Below are positions 9,943 through 17,214 of a stretch of DNA of 64,000 bases, piece after piece. A program made the position numbers and the translations under genes. A model generated the notes under the pieces. The model did no database searches. It was not told where the DNA came from and saw only the letters and a list, made by a program, of their open reading frames with translations. Source of the stretch: a virus. The DNA is taken from positions 24,297 through 88,296 of IMG/VR virus record IMGVR_UViG_3300037245_003526; one strand, written 5' to 3'. Numbering within the stretch: position 1 is the stretch's first letter; each line of letters opens with the position of its first letter.

Positions 9943-12672
9943 CTAAACTCGCTCACCACATAATATTTTATCCATAATCCCTTTATAAAGTCCTGGTTGT
10001 AATATCCCTTTAATAATATGTTTTTTAGGATTTGAGAAAGCAAGACCCATAAGCCAGCTTTCATATGAGGGGACGGTTTGAACGGAATGAAACTGAGGAA
10101 CCAGTTTTTCACGATTTTTAAGAAGACGCCATTTATAAATTCCTACCCACATTAATTGAGAAACTATACACTCAAAGTGAACATGGTTAATAGTACGAGA
10201 AGTATTATAAGTTGTATAAAGATCATCAACTAATTTTGGTATGTCAACATTTTTACCAAACTTATGTAGTAATTTAGATGCCATTGATAAATCACTAACA
10301 ATATCCTGTTGTTTCAACTCATCTACTTCTTCACCTTCTCTTATATTTGCAACTCCACTAGTATGAAATGTTCTTAAAACTAATTGAGTATTACATTCAC
10401 CCATTGATTGAGCAGCAATAATTCCAACAAACTTTGTTTTAAGATCCTCATGTAATTTTCCATAACAAGTATGACATAATTTTTCATTTTTACAATATAT
10501 GGGACTTCTAACATTTATTGTTTTTCCAATAAAGTCCATATAATTATCTTTTGTAATAAGTACTAACTCATCATCTTCAGACATCCATTTATTTATAAGT
10601 TGTTTAGCTTTCTTATCATCACGTATAAATACTTTTAATAAATCCGTTGTACCACAATCTTCAATATCATAACTCAGTAATAAATTTGCTGCTGTAAAAA
10701 TCAATTTTCTTGATAAATAACCAGAAGCTCCAGTATTAAGAGCAACATCAAGAAGACCTTTTCTACTACCATAAGTGGAATTAAAGAAACCTTTTGGGGT
10801 CAAACCACTTATAAAACTATTTTTAATTGGTTCAGGAATTATTTGACCATTAAAATTTGATACAAAACCCCTTGATAAAACTATCTGTTTAGCTTGATCC
10901 CAACTACCTCTAGCTCCAGATTCAATCATATATGAGTATTTAAATCCACTTCTTAAAATATCCATAAGGTCTTTATTCTCAGTTGAGATTTTGAAAACTT
11001 GTTCTCTTATGGACCCAGACGAGTAAATATCATCTCTGACAGTATCAATACCTTCGATATGACAATCATCGAGAGATAGAGTTGGACCGAATAGGGTTGA
11101 GTATTTGAATCCTACGAACTTGATTTTGTCCAACACCTCTGCTGTAGTAGCTAAATTATACTTTCGATTAATATCATTTAATATTCTAATCAATCCTTTT
11201 GAATTAGTAGGTTCAATAATAAGTGGATAATCTTCTGGAAAACATTCATTGAATATTTTAATATCCTCTTGAATAGTTTCCCCTTTATATTCAACTTTTC
11301 TACTTAGTTTTGGAAATTTATTATTAGTAAGTGCATATATACCAAGAACCATATCCTGACTAGGTGTTGTAGTTAAACTGCCATTAGATGGGTTCTTTAA
11401 ATTCTGAGTAATTAACATTTTTTCAATTGCTTCTTGTTTAGTTTCTTCGCTAATAGGAACATATATGGCCATCTGATCTCCATCAAAATCAGCATTAAAT
11501 GGTGGGCAAGATAATGGATGAATTCTAATAACATTATCTAAAGATATTTTAATATAGTATGCTAACATACTAAGTTTATGGAGAGATGGTTGTCTGTTTA
11601 ATATACAAACTTCTCCACTACATATTTCTTCACATAAGGAAAATAAAACTGATGAGTTTGAAGCTATACACTCATCAATAAAATCAATAGATTGATTTAG
11701 CAATTTAAACTGTCCTGTATCTATTAGTTTCTTTGCTACTTCAATCTTAAAGATTTCTAAAAATATAATATAAGGAATTGAACATTGATCAATGTTTAAT
11801 GTTGGATCTGGTACTATGACTGCTCTACCAGAAAAATCTATTCTTTTACCAAGTATGTTTCCCCTGATAAGACCTTCTTTTTTAGAAAGTTTTTCAAGAA
11901 TATAAGCATATAATTCATTTACATCTTTTTGAAGTTGTCTGAAATGATTATAGAATAAGGTATTATCTCTTCTGACATCAATCAGCGATTCTTCAATAAC
12001 TTCTTTCTTTGTAAGAACCTGCATGTAATACTTATTAATCTTATCTGCATATTGTTCACTTCTTAAGGATCCTTTAGTAGCAGGTCTTAAATCAGCAGGT
12101 AATACAATAATACGATCTATTATTAATTCATCAATATTATCATATACAATCTGCCATGGTGAATCTTCCTCCTCGTCAATTGCTTTCTCTGCTAACTTAA
12201 ATACAAGCTCATGTATAGCTTCTAACCCATACCATGCTTCTCGTCCTTCTTCAATTTCATCTGAATTAGTAACTATTAGATCATTATTATCCTCATGTTC
12301 ATCATCCAAAACAAGGACAGATTTTTCATCTCTCATTAGCTTTTTTAAAGCTTCTTTTAATGAGGTACCAGCAAGATCAACTACCAAATCATAAAATACT
12401 GGATTGACCACAGGCACCGGAAGAACTATTTTTGCAAACCTTCTTCTTCGTTCATCACTATTAACAACATCAACACTACATATATTACATGTACCTCCAG
12501 AACCAGATGTTCCATAATATGTACCGCATTGACATGTGTAGTTTTTTAGTGGACCAAATATTTGTTCGCTAAATAGTCCTTCCGGATGAAATTTTTTCTT
12601 ATCCATTACCTTAGTTGTAGTTATTTCAGGAAGGTTTTCTGTAAATTCTGTAAACTTTAGTAGACTCGGCAT
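9943..12672 (-). CDS. Multisubunit RNA polymerase beta-prime-subunit homolog (set 1).
   Basis: It has an N-terminal zinc finger (CQCGTYYG...CNICS), the catalytic NADFDGD, and a trigger-loop region IIAAQSMGECNTQLVLRTFHTSG. 909 aa, ending soon after the trigger loop. Confidence 0.85.
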   Translation of the reverse strand: MPSLLKFTEFTENLPEITTTKVMDKKKFHPEGLFSEQIFGPLKNYTCQCGTYYGTSGSGGTCNICSVDVVNSDERRRRFAKIVLPVPVVNPVFYDLVVDLAGTSLKEALKKLMRDEKSVLVLDDEHEDNNDLIVTNSDEIEEGREAWYGLEAIHELVFKLAEKAIDEEEDSPWQIVYDNIDELIIDRIIVLPADLRPATKGSLRSEQYADKINKYYMQVLTKKEVIEESLIDVRRDNTLFYNHFRQLQKDVNELYAYILEKLSKKEGLIRGNILGKRIDFSGRAVIVPDPTLNIDQCSIPYIIFLEIFKIEVAKKLIDTGQFKLLNQSIDFIDECIASNSSVLFSLCEEICSGEVCILNRQPSLHKLSMLAYYIKISLDNVIRIHPLSCPPFNADFDGDQMAIYVPISEETKQEAIEKMLITQNLKNPSNGSLTTTPSQDMVLGIYALTNNKFPKLSRKVEYKGETIQEDIKIFNECFPEDYPLIIEPTNSKGLIRILNDINRKYNLATTAEVLDKIKFVGFKYSTLFGPTLSLDDCHIEGIDTVRDDIYSSGSIREQVFKISTENKDLMDILRSGFKYSYMIESGARGSWDQAKQIVLSRGFVSNFNGQIIPEPIKNSFISGLTPKGFFNSTYGSRKGLLDVALNTGASGYLSRKLIFTAANLLLSYDIEDCGTTDLLKVFIRDDKKAKQLINKWMSEDDELVLITKDNYMDFIGKTINVRSPIYCKNEKLCHTCYGKLHEDLKTKFVGIIAAQSMGECNTQLVLRTFHTSGVANIREGEEVDELKQQDIVSDLSMASKLLHKFGKNVDIPKLVDDLYTTYNTSRTINHVHFECIVSQLMWVGIYKWRLLKNREKLVPQFHSVQTVPSYESWLMGLAFSNPKKHIIKGILQPGLYKGIMDKILCGERV

Positions 12673-12984
12673 CTATCCCCCTTTATTAAAATTCTTATTC
12701 ATAAACTTTGAAAGTCCTCCGATTAAAAGAAGTAAATGTTTCTTAACCTCTTTAGAAACTACTTCAGGAAGATTTACCAATAGCTCTTCAACAATTTGCT
12801 TAATTTCACTTTTCTCTAGTTCAACTTTTTGTGCTTTGACCTCCTTTTTTATTTGTTCCATCATATTTGGTCTTTTGACAAATACATTCCCTAATTCCCC
12901 TTCTAGTTTTTCTTCTACAATTTCTTTTAAAAGATTTTTTATCAAATCTTTTGTTTCCTCACTTTCCATGTTATCTCCCTTCAT
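12673..12984 (-). CDS. Small K/E-rich helical protein that ends in Gly-Gly.
   Basis: 103 aa with C-terminus ...NFNKGG. It lies immediately downstream of the E1/E2-like cluster. Confidence 0.4.
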   Translation of the reverse strand: MKGDNMESEETKDLIKNLLKEIVEEKLEGELGNVFVKRPNMMEQIKKEVKAQKVELEKSEIKQIVEELLVNLPEVVSKEVKKHLLLLIGGLSKFMNKNFNKGG

Positions 12985-13442
12985 TAAAAATAATTAATTG
13001 GAAGTCTTCCTGCTTCTCCTTCATATCTGATATATTTTTCATCAAAATCCGGCCAAAAATGTGGCGAGTTTAAATTCCAAATCCTTAACATAAACCTTAT
13101 TGCCCATAATTGCTGTTTTAATAATTTCTCTTTCCCACTAATTACCATTCCTTTTAAATCATCTGAAATACAAAAATCCGCCTTTTTACAAAAATATTTA
13201 AAGCTTCCGCTAACTACTTTTCCTTTTGGAATATATGAGTTTGGATGTGCAACATCATATAATGTTATTCCTTCAAATTCATTATCAAATTTATTATTCA
13301 CAAGAATATCATATTTACTTATAATATAATTTTGATGAACCCACTTAATATCATATGTATTTTTTTTCCCTGTATGAAAATCATCAAATCTAATAAGTGC
13401 AGGTTTAATTGTTTCTCTCATTGTTTGTAATATTTCACTCAT
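12984..13442 (-). CDS. Hypothetical protein. It is a weak E2/UBC-like candidate.
   Basis: The ATG at 13440-13442 overlaps the TAA of the upstream E1-like gene as TAATG, a classic coupled-translation arrangement. The track's longer start at 13478 is probably wrong. It has a mid-protein HPN motif followed by a Cys (AHPNSYIPKGKVVSGSFKYFC) at roughly the position seen in UBC folds. Confidence 0.3.
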   Translation of the reverse strand: MSEILQTMRETIKPALIRFDDFHTGKKNTYDIKWVHQNYIISKYDILVNNKFDNEFEGITLYDVAHPNSYIPKGKVVSGSFKYFCKKADFCISDDLKGMVISGKEKLLKQQLWAIRFMLRIWNLNSPHFWPDFDEKYIRYEGEAGRLPINYF

Positions 13443-14329
13443 TATGCACCTCCTGTCTCTGGAATTAATTCTATACATATTCTTTCTTCATTTATTCCTA
13501 TTGTGACTAAATATTCTCTATAAGTAAATACATTATTAGCCATTTCTGATAGAATTCTCATAACATCTTCTGGTGATTGTAATTCATGCTTAGAAATAAT
13601 ATATGAACATAAAGAATCTTCTTTTCTACCAACATAAATAGGTATAGAAGAATCTTTATTTGCTTTTAATATCGCAGGTAAATTTTCAAAATGTCCTGTT
13701 AATTTTTCTTGCCCCTCAAAAGAAATATCATAAATTAAATCCGGTTGATTTTTATATTTTTTAACAGCTATCTGAAATTTATCATCATCATCATCACCCT
13801 TCAAATCTATACTATATTTAATTTCTCTTTCAATAAGTTCCTTAATTTTTCCTGTTCTAACATGTTCATATAACTTAAATGCTGCTCTTCTTATTTCATC
13901 CTTTGAAAAATCACTAGTATAAGTACCCCGTTTTGAAGTACCATATGTTACATATTTATTACAATCAATAACTAACTTATTGAATGAAATATAAAATCTA
14001 ATATCAATATAACCACTCCTATCACAGCTTTCATCTCTACAATCAAAAACCATATCATATGGAATTCTTTTACATGTAGGTTCATCAAATTTTTTATATA
14101 TAGGGTTTACCAATAAATCATCAGTCCTATCTTTTATCATATCACAAAGCGCATATACTTTTTTACGTTTTAAATCTCTAACTCTATAAATAGAGTTTTC
14201 TAAATTTGATTTTTCTACAAAATCATTATCAATAAATGAAAGTTTTTGTAATCCCGGTAAATGAGACATAAACTCAGCGAAGAATCCACCTAACGAACCA
14301 ACACCTATTATTAATACACTTTTAGTCAT
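13442..14329 (-). CDS. ThiF/MoeB/E1-like adenylation-domain protein (E1-like A). Its nucleotide-binding motif is degenerate.
   Basis: VLIIGVGSLGG (GxGxxG), then IDNDFVEKSNLENS where canonical E1s have SNLNRQ, then DMVFDCRDESCDR (DxxDN-like). A GGGAGTG ribosome-binding site precedes it. Confidence 0.6.
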   Translation of the reverse strand: MTKSVLIIGVGSLGGFFAEFMSHLPGLQKLSFIDNDFVEKSNLENSIYRVRDLKRKKVYALCDMIKDRTDDLLVNPIYKKFDEPTCKRIPYDMVFDCRDESCDRSGYIDIRFYISFNKLVIDCNKYVTYGTSKRGTYTSDFSKDEIRRAAFKLYEHVRTGKIKELIEREIKYSIDLKGDDDDDKFQIAVKKYKNQPDLIYDISFEGQEKLTGHFENLPAILKANKDSSIPIYVGRKEDSLCSYIISKHELQSPEDVMRILSEMANNVFTYREYLVTIGINEERICIELIPETGGA

Positions 14330-14411
14330 TCACAATTCACTCCCTTCATATTTTATGATCCCCACTTATAAATAAGCAGGGATCATAAATACTTTTAAAT
14401 TTTAGCAACTA

Positions 14412-14915
14412 TTAACCAACTCTAAATTCATCTATTTCGCGATCGGTTGGGTTTGGTCGATAATAAGATTTCCAAATAAACTGTTTTAAAGCTATTTCCA
14501 TTGGATGTAAATATGGTAAATCATATTGTACATATTTTTTAGAACCATTTGTAATAACCTTAAAATCAATATTCTTGAATTCTCTTAATTTATCTACAAA
14601 ATCACGTTCTTCCTTAATAGTCTTTACTTTTTTTCTTCTTAAATCAAAATAATCATATTCAGTATAATCCTTAATTTTTTTGATTTCCAGGCTTGTGCAT
14701 CGTTTACCTAAAGCATTTCTCGCTCTTTTATATGCTCTTTTTCTTCCTTCTTTCTTATTGAACTGATCATATATAGAGCATATAGAAATACCTCGTGCAA
14801 CTAATAGATTAGATTCTTTTTCTAAAAATAAACACACCGTAACCGAGTTACCAACACATGGAGACTTTTCGTAGTAATAAACATCACGAATATCTGTCAT
14901 GGCTTTGTCAATCAT
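14412..14915 (-). CDS. Hypothetical basic protein inside the Ubl-like operon.
   Basis: 167 aa with a strong GGAAGGAGA ribosome-binding site. No clear motif. It contains Cys and a basic patch. Confidence 0.4.
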   Translation of the reverse strand: MIDKAMTDIRDVYYYEKSPCVGNSVTVCLFLEKESNLLVARGISICSIYDQFNKKEGRKRAYKRARNALGKRCTSLEIKKIKDYTEYDYFDLRRKKVKTIKEERDFVDKLREFKNIDFKVITNGSKKYVQYDLPYLHPMEIALKQFIWKSYYRPNPTDREIDEFRVG

Positions 14916-14977
14916 TTTCTCCTTCCTTTCAGTTGGGGTGAACTGTTATAGTCCACCCCATTTTATAAGTTTAATTT

Positions 14978-15466
14978 CTACAGTCCTACATCAATACCCT
15001 TACGTCCAGATGGTTTCATGAATTCAACATTGTCAGCGTCCTTTAAAATATAAGACGAAGCAACTTCTTTTCCATTAACCAACATCTTTGGAGTAGAAGG
15101 AACATTAAGAACTTCACGAAGAAACTCAGCAACAGCACCAACTTTTTTACCAACAACAGGATATTCACCACTTGAAGCTCCGCAAGAAACCTGTATAGTG
15201 CTTGAGATTCTTCCACTAGAAGAACCTGGTTTCGTCATTACACTCCTTACATTACACTCAACAGCAGTAACTTCACCTGAATTATCAACTTCTCTTGACA
15301 TACTTGCCGTATCGCGTTTTCTTGACTTCTTGGCAGATAACGCTTCAATAATTACTTCTTTCCTCTTTTTAGACATTCCAGGAACATTATGTTTTTTACA
15401 TAAATCTCTCAGATGAGAAACTGTATGTTTTTCCAATGCTTCCACTGTCCATTTAGCTTTACCCAT
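14978..15466 (-). CDS. SAP/Rho-N-like N-terminal domain plus a C-terminal ThiS/MoaD-like beta-grasp. This is the candidate ubiquitin-like protein.
   Basis: The N-terminus TVEALEKHTVSHLRDLCKKHNVPGMSKKRKEVIIEAL fits a SAP bihelical pattern. The C-terminus AVAEFLREVL...KMLVNGKEV...ILKDADNVEFMKPSGRKGIDVGL parallels ThiS/MoaD (TVxELL...VNxxxV...LKDGDEVxxxPPVSGG), but it ends SGRKGIDVGL rather than GG. Confidence 0.45.
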   Translation of the reverse strand: MGKAKWTVEALEKHTVSHLRDLCKKHNVPGMSKKRKEVIIEALSAKKSRKRDTASMSREVDNSGEVTAVECNVRSVMTKPGSSSGRISSTIQVSCGASSGEYPVVGKKVGAVAEFLREVLNVPSTPKMLVNGKEVASSYILKDADNVEFMKPSGRKGIDVGL

Positions 15467-15495
15467 TTTTCTTTTTCCTTTCTTTAAATGTTTTA

Positions 15496-16176
15496 TTAAA
15501 TTACTACTCGTTGTGCGGGTCTTACATTCATCATTTCCATATCAAAGTAAACTTCTGAATTCTTACCCGACCGTACATTACCTACTCCAACTAAGTCATA
15601 AAAATACCAGCACATTATAAGAGCCACAGTTATATTAGCAAATAACACTTGTGGCTCAGATACTGATAGTTCTTCACAACTCATTTGATCCGGAGATCTA
15701 TCTTCCGGGTTGTCTATCTCGGGATGATAGTCAGTAAGAGATGGTGTTATTTTTTTACCATTCTCTCGTATATAAATTTGCACATTTCCGTCAACAAATT
15801 CATTTCCTCCTGAGATTAAAACAACTTTTTCTAATGTAGTACAATAATCAGAAACAATTTTTCTAGTCCTATGATTATCTACACATAAAAATATGACATC
15901 ATCCTCTTCTATAATTCTATTGACATTCCTTGAGGTAACATAGTCTGTACATGTTAAAACTTCTAAATTATCAAATATTGCAATAAGATCTCTTCTCTTA
16001 ATTCTTGCCTTATTACCAAAGTTTGAAAAGGATTGTCTTTCTTTATTCCTTTCCTTGTAACTCTTTCCATCGATCAAAGTAATATTAAATTCACCATCAA
16101 TATAATTAACAAATCTGAAAAGGTTATCGCATAATGCAGAACCAACTCCTCCTAAACCTATAACTTTGATGTTCAT
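15496..16176 (-). CDS. ThiF/MoeB/E1-like adenylating enzyme (E1-like B).
   Basis: VIGLGGVGS (GxGxxG), then LIDGKSYKERNKERQ (a D..E.N..RQ ATP-binding motif), then DDVIFLCVDNHRTRK (DxxDN..R), then VVLISGGNE. Confidence 0.7.
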   Translation of the reverse strand: MNIKVIGLGGVGSALCDNLFRFVNYIDGEFNITLIDGKSYKERNKERQSFSNFGNKARIKRRDLIAIFDNLEVLTCTDYVTSRNVNRIIEEDDVIFLCVDNHRTRKIVSDYCTTLEKVVLISGGNEFVDGNVQIYIRENGKKITPSLTDYHPEIDNPEDRSPDQMSCEELSVSEPQVLFANITVALIMCWYFYDLVGVGNVRSGKNSEVYFDMEMMNVRPAQRVVI

Positions 16177-16191
16177 ATTTACTCCTTTCTA

Positions 16192-17214
16192 CTAAAATAT
16201 ACTAGATTCATCAGGTTCATCAGGTTCTTCTTTAAAACCTAATTTCTCTAATTGGTCTTCATCAAGTTCCTCAAAAATTTCCTGCATAAGAAGCTCTGTT
16301 TTATGCGCTTTATAAGGACACTGTTCACATGGATTCCATTCCTCATTTTTAATTCTGTAACCAGAATCATTTACACTTTCAGGTTTCAGTCTGAATGGAT
16401 TAAAATCATGTACTTTAAGTTTAGTTTCCTCAGGCAAGACTTTTTTAGCTTCTTCTTCATACTTGATTTTATCAACCATCTTTAACCATTTTTTTGGAAA
16501 TTTAATATTTCCGTCTATCACCCCCTTTACTTTATACCCAAGAGATGTCTTAGATGGTCTAACATCCTCTACTTGTTCATATTTTCCCTCCATAAGCGAC
16601 CATTTTTTATAAACTTCTCCAGGAATTTCAAACTCTTCAAGTTTGATTCCATCAATATAATTAGTTGGATCGCAAGTAAATCTTGTTCCATTTGCAACAA
16701 TAGAACAAGAGATTGATATTAAATCATTATTCATATTACCAACTGTAATATGAAGTCCATCAAAATCAACTTCATCTGTATCATCTGTTCCAGAATGAAA
16801 TGCTGACATTCCTGCGTGACTATGTATAGTACCTATCCTTTGATATCCTTTAATCTGTTCATTAAGATAAGCTACAGATCCACTACTAGTTTTCTGTAGA
16901 GGAACCTGAACTTTAAATTTACCAGATTTTTTATTAAAATGTATTACAGTGTTTGCCTCATTACTATTATAATCCTGATATACTTTCTTGAAAAAAGTAA
17001 TAATCTTTCCAAAATCTTCAGCTGAAATTCGTTTGATATTCATTTTTGCTTGAGGTATTATATCATCAGAAAGAAATGAAATCTTATTAATAGGTACTAT
17101 ACTTTCCATGAAACCTACTTTTTTCTTTAAGTAAACTTTATCCTTACAAATAATATATAAAACATCATCTGAAGGCATCTCATTTACACCATCATTTATA
17201 TGTACTTTAAACAT
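16192..17214 (-). CDS. JAB/JAMM (MPN+) family metalloprotease with a C-terminal extension.
   Basis: IHSHAGMSAFHSGTDD matches HxHx7Sx2D, with an upstream Glu. 340 aa, GGGAGGTG ribosome-binding site. Confidence 0.7.
   Translation of the reverse strand: MFKVHINDGVNEMPSDDVLYIICKDKVYLKKKVGFMESIVPINKISFLSDDIIPQAKMNIKRISAEDFGKIITFFKKVYQDYNSNEANTVIHFNKKSGKFKVQVPLQKTSSGSVAYLNEQIKGYQRIGTIHSHAGMSAFHSGTDDTDEVDFDGLHITVGNMNNDLISISCSIVANGTRFTCDPTNYIDGIKLEEFEIPGEVYKKWSLMEGKYEQVEDVRPSKTSLGYKVKGVIDGNIKFPKKWLKMVDKIKYEEEAKKVLPEETKLKVHDFNPFRLKPESVNDSGYRIKNEEWNPCEQCPYKAHKTELLMQEIFEELDEDQLEKLGFKEEPDEPDESSIF

Noticed and set aside
12673-12984. The GG-terminated 103-aa protein as the system's ubiquitin-like beta-grasp modifier.
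   Set aside because: Its sequence is K/E-rich and predicted helical, with no beta-grasp pattern. It is kept as a low-confidence curiosity, and the beta-grasp-like C-terminus of 14978-15466 is the better Ubl candidate.
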